From: Lingula anatina
Lineage: Eukaryota > Animalia > Brachiopoda
Length of the DNA stretch: 64,000 nt
Reading direction: 5' to 3'
Assembly (NCBI GenBank): GCA_051362555.1
Contig: CM120644.1
Coordinates: forward strand, 25,442,534-25,506,533
Under the pieces are notes generated by a model, which made no database searches, had not been told where the DNA came from, and saw only the letters and a program-made list of their open reading frames with translations. Position 1 is the stretch's first letter. Each line of letters opens with the position of its first letter. This document shows positions 50,955-62,423 of this stretch, one piece after another. Made by a program: the position numbers and the translations under genes.

Positions 50955-53900
50955 TCAGACAATAAAACCAGCCTGTTCTACACTAGTTTTACTGTCCAGT
51001 TCTCTCTGATGGTCAAATCTTTGTCTCTGATACTCTGTCCTCTGGTCAGCATAAGTGTCCAGAAGGTCTCTTAGTTTGTGTTTCAACTCCTCCACACCAA
51101 TGTCCAGTTTAGCTGAGATGGTAAACACCTCATCAAACCTTATAAAACGCTGTGGAAGAAGGTCTTTGTCCAAGTTCAAGTTTCTAACAGAATCTGCAAT
51201 AAAAAACAGATGGATATCATAAAAAAAATAGCTGTTGTGCCACCTGTCTTGATATATTTATACAAACAGAGAACACCCTTTTAAAAACTCCCCAACATTC
51301 TTGGTCTTTCAGCTTCACAACCTTAAGATAACATGAGAATATATTCAGCCGATAAAAATTTTCAAATATTAATATGGGAACTTGTTTTTATTTGAAAGAT
51401 AGCACTAAAATAAATAACTGAACATTAAAATATTTTAAAAGAATTAGGATTAAAATTGGAATTGAAATTGCTGTAGAGAGATAAAAACTACTTAAAAACA
51501 ATTTACTGTCCTTAAAACTCAGAAGTCTACTACTGCTAGGTTAGAATTTCAAAAGAGAATTTGTTGGATGTGAGGGATCGCCATAATTTGTTTTGTTGTT
51601 TTCTCTCAAAGGGACGTTGCCATAACTTGGTGCCATCTACTGCACACCTCATTCAACACCAGGTACATTTGGTCTCCCTTACCTTCCATAACGTGGCGCC
51701 ATCTACTGTACACCTCATTCAGCACCAGGTACATTTGGTCTCCCTTACCTTCCATAACGTGGCGCCATCTACTGCACACCTCATTCAACACCAGGTACAT
51801 TTGGTCTCCCTTACCTTCCATAACGTGGCGCCATCTACTGTACACCTCATTCAGCACCAGGTACATTGCCTTACCTTCCATGTCCTGTAGCTGCTCTTTA
51901 ACGTCCGTCGCCAGGAAGTTGGCATTTTTCTTGTCAATTTTGTTCAAAGCTAAAACACATGGCTTGTCCAACAGTTCTTCCTTGTATAACTCCAGCTCCT
52001 AGACCAAAGAAACAAAAATAACAGTCATTAGATAGCTATCACAAATAACAGCTATCACATAGCTCTTATACATAACAGCCATTACATAGCTATCACAAAT
52101 AACAGCTATCACACAGCTCTTATATATAACAGTCATTACACAGCTATCACAAATAACAGCTATCACATAGCTCTTATATATAACAATCATTACATAGCTA
52201 TCACAAACAAAAGGCATTTGATAGCTACGTATCACAAATAACAGCCTGTACATAACTATCTCAAATTACAAGTATTAGAAATCTATCAAAAATCTATCAA
52301 AAACCACTGCAAAGTTATCAAAAAAAGCCATTAGAAATCCACAACAAATAACAGTCATAAGAAATCTACCACAAATAACAATCATATAGTTCATAACATC
52401 TTTCTGCCACTTACCCTGTTCAGTAGCAATATAGTTTCCAATGCACTCCTATATGGGTATTTTGGTGAAAGTTGAAACCCTCCAACATCCACCATAAACA
52501 ATAACATCTTGGTTCTCTCAATGTGTTTCAGAAAGGTGTGCCCCATTCCTCTATTTAGATGTGCTCCTTCAATTAGGCCAGGCAAATCAGCAATTGAGAT
52601 CTATAATGCAAGGCTTTCATTGTAAAAATATGTTCTTCTTCAGTAAAGCTGTCTATATACTGATCATTCAGGTAAAACTTGCAGGTAAATCATAAACCCT
52701 TTGATGCAGTTGCACAGTGCATAAACTGTTAAACAAGGTCAAAAGGTGCAAACTAAATCAACATTTAACCTTTAAAATATTAAAAATGATGGCTGATGGG
52801 GGGGGGGGGAGGATGGATTGAATATCTCCTCCTCCTCCACCCCTCTCTGGTAACTTTGGAGGTACCTATTTCTCTCTTCCCAAACCAGCAAACCAGTGTT
52901 TTAATTTCCATCCCTTTGCTATAGATATTACAGTAAAATCTTGCCTTCAACAGTCAACTGTACATGGCCTACATGTACATGGTACACAACAATGGTACAA
53001 GACCTACACTGTACACAACAGTGGTACACAACCTATAACAGTGGTACACGGTACACAACAGTGGTATAGGACATACACAATACACAACAGTGGTACACAA
53101 CCTACAACAGTGGTACACGGTACACAACAATGGTACAGGACCTACACAGTACACAACAGTGGTACACAACCTACAACAGTGGTACACGGTATACAACAAT
53201 GGTACAGGACATACACAATACACAACAATGGTACAGGACATACAACAGTGGTACACGGTACACAACAATGGTACAGGACATACAAAATACACAACAGTGG
53301 TACACAACCTACAACAGTGGTACACGGTACACAATAATGGTACAGGACATACACAATACACAACAGTGGTATACAACCTACAACAGTGGTACACGGTACA
53401 CAATAATGGTACAGAACATACACAGTACATAACAGTGGTACACAACCTACAACAATGGTACACGGTACACAATAACCGTACAGAACATACACAGTACATA
53501 ACAAAGGACCTACTTGTCTGAAGTCTTCGTATTCCATTTTAGCAAGCTGTGGTTTCACAGTGGTGACTGGAATGTTAAAACTAGATATCAAGATGGCACA
53601 TGTACAGACATTTAACTAATAAATTCAATGATTTGATAAGATACAGACAAGATCATGCAGATTTTTTAAATGTTTTGTTACCTCCCAAACAAAGCAAAGA
53701 AAATTCAACATTAAAGAAATATTTTGGCAGTTATGGTCTTAACACCAGGTTGCAGTTACATCAACACAACAGGGAGGGTCTGATCCAACAATTTATTTGT
53801 AATTAACATTAGTCTGATTAATGAAGGTTACTAATGAAAGCATAAGAAATCAGATCATACATGGATAACTTGCAATTTTTGGTCCGGCCCTGGAGACGGC

Positions 53901-55352
53901 AGACAATAGCGTGGACTTCCCTGCATTGGGAAACCTAAAACATGAGAGACCTCTAATATACAAGATACAATACTTGGTTAAGTAATATGGGGAAATAAAA
54001 TCAGAATGGATTCATCATTTAGTTTTGGTCATAAAAACCTTTGTCCATTTATGATAAACATATTAATGTGGTAGATAAACACATTTCTTTATTATAAAAC
54101 ATTGTAATGTGACGCACTTCAGACAATAAATGGAAGTTATGACAACCAAATATAATCTTCTTCCTCACCCAACTAATCCAACATCTGCCAGCAGTTTCAG
54201 GTCGAGGTTGATGAACCTTTTCTGTCCCTTAAATCCTTGGAAGTTATTAGCTGGGTTTCCTCCCTCTCCTCCCTGTGCTACTAATACCTTATCTCCTTCT
54301 ATATCCAGACTACCTGTAATAATACAGAATAAAATCAAGATAATGAGAAGTTATTAGCTGGTTTTCCTCCCTCTCCTCCCTGTGCTACTAATACCTTATC
54401 TCCATCTATATCCAGACTACCTGTAATAACAATAATATCAAGATAATGAGAAGTTATTAGCTGGGTTTCCTCCCTCTCCCCCCTGTGCTACTAATACCTT
54501 ATCTCCTTCTATATCCAGACTACCTGTAATAACAATAATATCAAGATAATGAGAAGTTATTAGCTGGGTTTCCTCCCTCTCCCCCCTGTGCTACTAATAC
54601 CTTATCTCCTTCTATATCCAGACTACCTGTAATAATACAGAATAATATCAAGATAATGACAAGTTATTAGCTGGGTTTCCTCCCTCTCTCCCCTGTGCTA
54701 CTAAAATCTTGTCATCTTCACTCCTACAGGAACTGAGATTTCTACCTACCTAAAACTCTGCCATATTGGTCCTTCACCTCCACTCCTATAGGAACTGAGA
54801 TTTCTACCTACCTAAAACTCTGCCATATTGGTCCTTCACCTCCACTCCTATAGGAACTGAGATTTCTACCTACCTAAAACTCTGCCATATTGGTCCTTCA
54901 CCTCCACTCCTATAGGAACTGAGATTTCTACCTACCTAAAATTATGCCATATCGGTCCTTCACCTCCACTCCTACAGGGACTGAGATTTCTACCTACCTA
55001 AAATTCTGCCATATTGGTCCTTCACCTTCACTCCTACAGGGACTGAGATTTCTACCTACCTAAAACTCTGCCATATTGGTCCTTCACCTCCACTCCTATA
55101 GGAACTGAGATTTCTACCTACCTAAAACTCTGCCATATTGGTCCTTCACCTCCACTCCTACAGGGACTGGGATTTCTATGTCTTTACCAGGAGGACCCAA
55201 TGGACCACGCTTCCTGCAACAATATCAACATGAACTCATTTCTCAGATCATCAAATTTCTTGAAAATGATTGACAGTACTTCACTGTAGGAAATGATACT
55301 TCAGCTATGTTTCTGTGATATAAAGTTACCAAGATATGGGCATTTAGGTGAC

Positions 55353-55437
<85 letters not shown>

Positions 55438-58196
55438 AGCTGTTACTGCCAAGTCCTGCTGTGTATTTCTTAGTTATATATATCTACATACTTACCAGCT
55501 GTTACTGCCAAGTCCTGCGGTGTACTTCTTAGTTGGATTTTTCCTCTTTACATCCCTGAGAGTGATATTCTTCTTAGCCACCACATAGACGCTGCCTCCA
55601 TTGCCACCCACACCTCCTATCTTAGGCAACCCTTGTCCCCCAGCTCCGCCCCTCACCAGCAGATCTAGAGTGTCAAAAAATGTCCACGCTCTCTGCAAAT
55701 AGTCAAAACTCTGAGAATACACTACATGCTCCAACTAACATAAAACCCATGCATTGGTACTCCCATGTACTGTTTCTACAACTTTGTTTTACTAATTTTA
55801 TATAGTAAGCAAAGGGGAAAGTTTTATGAGAAGCTACTGATTGGTCAGTTTCTAGTGACATCATGAGTTAGAGGTCTATGAACTGCTTTGTGTTAAAATG
55901 AAAACACACGGGCAGTTGACCAAAAATGAAGGTGTTCAAAAATAAAATAAAACTACCCTCAATTTGTGTGGAATATAAACAGGTTACTCTTTTAAATTTT
56001 GCTACTTAGTCTATTATTTCATTGCCAGTTGTGCTAACACAATGCCAAAATTGTTTCACTTTGCCTACTGGCTACTTCACAAGAACATTGCTCTGGTTTG
56101 GAAAATCCTACAACCAAAATTCAACCCAGAGTGACTGTGACCAAATATATCAGATCCATTTTTCACTTAAACCAAAGGCCCAGAACCACACACATACACA
56201 CACACACACACATACATATATCAGAAATAATGGTGTTTTGTTGTCTTTTAAGTTGTGATTTGATTTCTAACTCTTATTCTAGCTATTAATATCATAGAGA
56301 AAGTATGGATGTTAGAGGGGTGAGAAAAACATGATTTTATAACTCTCTTACCCCGCTGGGGGGGGGTTTCTAGACAGCTTTAAGTACTAATGATATTATT
56401 TTTCAAACCAAAGCTGCAGCATCAATTCATTCTAAAATCCAGTTTTCAATCAAACATCTGGTATTCATTTCGGGTGGTAAGGTTGTTAAAATAATAAGCT
56501 TTACCTGTGTTATGTAAACACTTCTCTAGTACTTATATATCCATGTCAATATAATGTTTGTTTGGAAAATAAACCTGTAATGTCTCTCCTCAGTCTCATC
56601 TTTACACCAAGAGCGTACAGTACTTTCACGTAGAGAATCTTATCAATGTTATTTATCTGGCATGCTTTGTGTGTCAATTGAGTGGTTGTTTCAGGTGCAA
56701 GACGGAGATGTATGGCTTCACTGACTACAGAAACCAATGAAGTGTGCAAGTGATTCCATTTGACTTGATTTTACTTACATTAGTCAAGTATTGTAGTTAA
56801 GGTAAGTCTCTATGTATACTAGTAAAAGATTATTACGGTTAGTTAATAAAAATTAAATGCATGGCATGTATCACAAGACAAGGCCAGATTTATTGAAGTT
56901 TTTGTGCGATATTTTGATTTTTGTTGCCAATAATCGGTTGTGTGTGCTGTTATTTGTTTTGATGCAGTAAATTACCACTACACACTGATGAAAATATCTT
57001 AATAACCCAATATCTGGATTCTACAATGCTAAAAACATTAGCTTTCTTCCGCTTGAGACACCATTGAGATCACTAGAGTTCAATGAAAATCCTATCATGG
57101 TGTTTTTTTGGTAAACTACAACAAATCTTGGGCATATTACGTTTAGCCGCCAGTCCGTCTGAGATCCTCTTTGTATCCTGTCAGGACGACAGTGGGAACC
57201 AGGACAAATTTAAACAATTTTGATATCTTATTTCTATTAATATGATTTCATTGCAATCTCATGGGGTTATATGTCTGCAATCTTGAATCTTGATGTTCTT
57301 TTTAAATTTAGTTGTAAATTGCATATTTAAATCTATGTGGTTGACATTTCAGTCAAACCACTTCAAAACAATGGCAGATTAAATAAAATTCACTGCATAA
57401 AACCATAATGTCTACTTATATACTAGTTACTAGTTCCTAATGGTATTATTATGGTGTTTTTTCTATCATACAGGTTTCCCTCTTTTCTGATTGACATAGT
57501 ACAAGAAAGGAAGAAGAATAGTCCACGCAGAAAAAAGCCACTTGACTTGTAGATTTCAGGGAAGAAACTGGATGAAACTTGCCAAAAAAGACTGCTTGAA
57601 GTATCATTGAATATATATTAATTTTTTTCTTTCGTGACTTTTTGAATTATTCTCAGTCACCTCAAGTCTCTATATACACATTAAAAGTGAACAAATTCTA
57701 TGTTACTATATCATGTTGAAAATAAAATAAAATAAATGCCAGTGAAAAAGCCGACTGGGCCCGTGAATTTTCTTAAAAACCGTCAGTTACAGTTTCAAGA
57801 TTAAGAAAATAAAAAACAAAACTTCACAAAGCTGTCGCGTTGCCACATTGTAAAATTAATCTCTGCTTGTGGGACGTTAGTGTTGGAGGGTTCGTACATT
57901 TATGTATTAAAATTAGATGACTGTTTCAAAAACGTAAGTCAAATGACAATCTTTATTTTTGAAGCTAGATAATGATAAATTCCATGTAGCTTAAAAAAAT
58001 AATGTAACATCATGATGAAGAATCCTCAACTACATGTAGGTCGTTATGCTATACAGGTACAAACTGGTGGCGATTGCCGCCGAGAAGGAACATAAATAAC
58101 CTGGCTTCTGCGTAATAATTTACGTACCCCAGTTCCTTGTCGCTTAACTACACTCTTGGAAAGCTCTTTTCTGAGGATATATGACAGGAAAACCAT
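50955..58196 (-). CDS. GTPBP10: GTP-binding protein 10 (ObgH2), mitochondrial Obg-family GTPase, 9 coding exons, 392 aa
   Basis: Exons 58196-58128, 55692-55496, 55213-55122, 54313-54169, 53934-53861, 53566-53514, 52600-52415, 51998-51875, 51193-50955 (1179 nt), all GT-AG with consistent phases. Gly-rich Obg fold ([23 protein letters not shown]), [21 protein letters not shown] (G1), YPFTT (G2), [10 protein letters not shown] (G3), NKID (G4), ISA (G5). [25 protein letters not shown] is characteristic of GTPBP10 rather than MTG2 (recalled similarity). Confidence 0.92.
51620..51881 (-). repeat. 60/66-bp tandem array of the GTPBP10 exon 8 donor junction, 4 donors
   Basis: ATGGAAG|GTAAGG with GT at 51874-3, 51814-3, 51748-7 and 51682-1. 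Confidence 0.9.
52017..52260. repeat. Degenerate ~57-bp repeat next to the exon 8 acceptor (GTPBP10 intron 7)
   Basis: aataacagctatcacatagctcttata units. Confidence 0.8.
52969..53513. repeat. ~69-bp compound minisatellite starting at the exon 6 donor (GTPBP10 intron 6)
   Basis: tggtacacaacctacaacagtggtacacggtacacaacaatggtacaggac units. The donor motif GTAGGTCCT recurs inside the array. Confidence 0.85.
54239..54704 (-). repeat. 103-107-bp tandem array of the GTPBP10 exon 4 acceptor junction, 4 acceptors plus a partial copy
   Basis: ttattacag|GTAGTCTGGATATAGA...GCTAATAACTT; AG at 54315-4, 54422-1, 54525-4 and 54628-7. Confidence 0.93.
54718..55178 (-). repeat. 62-bp tandem array of the GTPBP10 exon 3 donor junction, 7 donors
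   Basis: 56 nt of exon end plus GTAGGT; exon-end positions 55122, 55060, 54998, 54936, 54874, 54812, 54750. Confidence 0.95.
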
Positions 58197-58713
58197 TTCA
58201 AGCGATGTATACAGCACTTGTAAAGACGTAATTCACCGAGCATGTTCACACAATCTTCATCTTTGAGTCTCCTAAATGAGGAGAGCATGCCATTCTTCAA
58301 ACCTTCAGACAAAAAAGAGTATTTGTGTGCAAGACATTTCTAATCGAGACCGCAGCAGCAGACTCGTCAATGACACACCAGAAGTCGGGTAAACCAAAAG
58401 ATAACTGAGACTGAAACGATCCAAAAGCCGTTTAACTTGAATGAAATAATTATCTTTGAAAATATAGTCGGGTTTCCCAGCTGCCGCATCACAGTCAAAA
58501 CGGTCCCCTTATTTCTCCCTTTTCTTTCTTTCTCTTTTCTTGTTTGTTTGTTTCTTCGTTTTAACGTTATTCCACTTTCTGTTGTTAGTTCTGTCGAAAT
58601 ATTTGGTAACCTACAAACTTATAGCTACCGATTCATGAAGCTGAAGTTTCTTTAGGACAAATCCTGACTGCCCTCCACAGTCTTTGTAATGTCTATGTAC
58701 CGGGGCATTTCAC

Positions 58714-58887
58714 GGGGGCGTCTCGATAGTCCGAAGGTTCATTGGTCCGAAGGTTCATTGGCCCGAAAAATGGTACCATTTTCATCGATTTTTTAATCAA
58801 GGGTTCATTGGTCCGAAGGTTCTATAGTGAACATTCGGACCAATGAACCTTCGGACTATTGAACCTTTGGACTGTCGCTACGGCCCC
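58714..58887. mobile_element. MITE with 8-bp TSD and internally repetitive TIRs, ~520 bp upstream of the GTPBP10 ATG
   Basis: GGGGGCGTCTCGATAGTCCGAAGGTTCATTGG at the left end versus GGGGCCGTAGCGACAGTCCAAAGGTTCAATAG for the reverse complement of the right end. CATTTCAC at 58706-58713 and 58888-58895. Confidence 0.85.
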
Positions 58888-60785
58888 CATTTCACAAGTC
58901 CACATCACCTGCTGTTAAAATGACTTCTCGTTTAGTATCAATTAATTATTACGATAAAAAATTACTTCCTCGTTAAGCGTTAGTATAAGCACATAAACAA
59001 TTTCACTTAACTATGTATTAGTTAGAAGGGAAGATAAATCAATTGAATCTTTTTTGTTTTCTTTTTCTGAAGAAGGACATATTTAATAGGCCTATTTGGT
59101 GAAATGAAATGTCCTTGTGAACTTGTTGTAGCAGAGACATTGATGAGTTATTGACATTGTGTTTGTAGTGACCACATAAGCCCTTGATAGTTACTCAAAT
59201 TATAATTGTATTAGAGTTACTCAAATTATGATTGTGCAACATTTTTTCATTTTTGTATCAGTAAAGGCCTTTGGTCGTTATAGCAAGCGGTAGCCTACCC
59301 TCCAAATCAATAAACTTGCTGGCGTAATCTGTTTGTATGGTTGTAAAACAGTTATGTAAATGAAAAAATACCTGGTTCCCTGTCTGCGTTGATCGGGGTA
59401 ACGATAAAGCCTCATTAGGATAAAATACAGTGCAAATAAAATACATGCCCTGGTTGACAGGCTGGTCCGTCAAGAACTATGGATCCGAGTGCAGATGGAT
59501 GGCCTGGAAGGCTATGACAAACTAAGGATGCATACCTAATGATGCAGACTTGTGTCTCTTTAACCGCAACTTATGTGTTTTAACACGTGAAAACATCATT
59601 AATTTTCAGTGTTGATCAGTGGTTTGGAACTTCTGCAAGTACAACAAGTGCTGCGAGATATTCCGAGATTTGCAAGGAACGGAATTACAATCTCTCATTG
59701 CTGAAAACGCATACAGCGGTAGCTTTAACCAGATGGTAGTTGTTACCCATGGGTTTGAATGGAAAGAACTGTAACATTGACGACGGCAAGTTTGGGTTTA
59801 TATCCATTTATATTCCTCACTTCATAAGCCTTTATTATCTCACTTTCATAAAAACACAAGGGAATTTATGCTTTATTTCTCTGAATTGATCAGGCGTTTA
59901 CTTATTTTCTAATCTACTTTGTCATTTACATATTCGACATCTCTATTTGTCTCCTAAAACTAAAGAATTAAAATTATTATTTCCATTGCATCATATTTGG
60001 ATGGTGCAAAAAGCCCACTTTGCAGCCTTAATCCACATCACAAAGGGTCTTTTTTATTGTAAAATTAACCAACTGTAAAAAAGCCCTCGTGTGATTTGCC
60101 ATTGTCCCCTTTTGACACTAAAGAAAATCATACTTGCACTCAAAGACTAACTACGCTTTCTATCAGTTCGATGGACTAAAATTTTAATTTGAATTGACAA
60201 CCTACGTTTGATCTCGAATGGTATATTATTACACAACAGATGGAATTTTCCTAAAGCGCACGATGTACTCAAAGCTCATTTGTTTTCTTTTCTTAGCTTG
60301 CTGGTATCTTGTTACCGGATAGTTCATAAAACTATGAATAAGGAAAAGTGATAAAGTGCCATTCTTTTTAACTCAAAATGCATCATTGGTTTGCTTTTGC
60401 TATTTGTTAACCCAATGTGAAAGTGATATACTGGTATTATGCATACATAAGTCAGCAAGGAGCTCTGTTAAAACATGTTCCATGGACATGCGTATTCAAG
60501 GATATTCTGTCATACATTGTACCCTGACCTTAGCCAGTGGTACTGGTATATTCCTGCCGGACATCAGTTATTTTTACACCGGCATTTTAAAATCGGTGTA
60601 TATCTCCGTATGTTTAAACTCTTTTTGATGGTTTTTTGTACGCGATAGCATTCAGCAGATTGTTTTTAAATATGAATATCTCCGGTAGCCTCGAACTGAG
60701 ACACCTAAGAGGCACGCGATGGAATGATTGTCAACGAAAGTCATTTAAATTATACGTGTACACTTTGTAACGTTTGCACCTGGTG

Positions 60786-61046
60786 ATCCAGGTGAAATCC
60801 ACTGATATTTTAATTGGTTTAATGGTGGATCCAGGTGAAATCCACTGATATTTTAATTGGTTTAATGGTGGATTCAGGTGAAATCCACTGATATTTTAAT
60901 TGGTTTAATGGTGGATTCAGGTGAAATGCACTGATATTTTAATTGGTTTAATGGTGGATTCAGGTGAAATCCACTAATTTTATAATTGGTTTAAGGGTGG
61001 ATTCAGGTGAAATCCACTGATAATATAATTGGTTTAATAGTGGATG
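60786..61046. repeat. 43-bp tandem repeat, 6 copies, with internal inverted repeat
   Basis: caggtgaaatccactgatattttaattggtttaatggtggaty at 60789 + 43n. Confidence 0.92.
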
Positions 61047-62423
61047 AAAGTAAATCAGTGCCATAGAAATTATAAAAATGTAACTTGTAAAATGCGGGCA
61101 ATCAATTGAATGCGACTTAGGTTCATCATGTTGGATGCAGCAGTCTTTGTTTTACTATTTTCGAACAAACACACACTCACACACACAGTTAATGGTTTTT
61201 CAATGCAGGATACAAATACAAGTTTGAGCAGAATGCATTCCGCTGTTTGGCTTCCCGACGCAGGTCTTAGCTAAAATTTCCATTCTGAGTGTGACGCTAT
61301 AGGGAATATGTTCTTAGTCGTCTACATGTACCTTCCTGACTAAGCAACTTTAAATAATTGGGCTGTGTTAGTATATGTGGATGCCCTTCGCCTTTTCTCG
61401 TTTGCGTCCATTCTCGGGAACATTTTACTTGGTTTGTCTTTGTCCCTAGGCACTAAAACAACGAATATGATAAAACAGCTAAGAACCAAACGAACGATAC
61501 TACAGCCAGCTAACTATATATCTGGTGTTCTTACGTAGACCTATACAACCACGCACAACACACACTAATACAAATACATATACACACCCACACATTATAC
61601 ATAAAACTTGAAACCAATTATGGATTCGACAAAAGAGCACTTAAATGAGACTGATATAGTATTCTTCTAGCGGCACCACAGCAAAATAAGCAGTAAGAAA
61701 CAATGAAATAGCTCATGTGTTCAACCGAAAGCCACATTACTTACCCAATCTTCCACAGAATTATCCTGAGTAAATGCTAACTATCTTTAATCTAATTTTT
61801 CAATAAGGCTAAAATTCATAATCAATAAGGAGAGTTAAAATTGATTGGCTTTGTATAATACATGTAATTCCGAAAGTTACAGTGTTTCTATGACATATAT
61901 ATGTATGAAGTGCATTCAACGCTGATCGCATTGCACAGCTGCATTTTAGACAGCTTGTTTCTAAGAGTGCTCTTTAAACCCATATATACTGCCTTGCCTC
62001 AGCGAGTGGATTTTATATACCGGTGATAAGGTATGAGAATCAATTATTTTTATTATTATTATTAATATTGGGAATGTGTGCTTAATGGATTTTATTTTGA
62101 TACCAAAATCCTCTTCCTTGTCTATTAAAATATTCAACTCTGTGAACAGCTGCAAGCTTTCGTGTTTAAGGCCTTGCCTTGCCTTGCCTTGCGCCATTTA
62201 ATGGACCGAAACCAAACATCTCGACCTGTTTTATTTAACAAGGTGACATTTAAAAAATGTATTTAAGTCACATTTTCCCAAGCCTTTTCACTTAACGGAC
62301 TCGGTCGAATCTCGAGTTTGCTTTGGTAAAAGAAGTGACCAACGGTTCTCGATTTGTGAAGGTAGTTAAACTCTGTACAGCCGACAATCGTTAAACGACC
62401 AATTTAGGGGAAGAACCACAATT

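Noticed and set aside
52969-53521. Cys-rich ORFs resembling metallothionein or keratin-associated proteins
   Set aside because: They are translations of an intronic minisatellite. Only 53566-53514 is a real exon.
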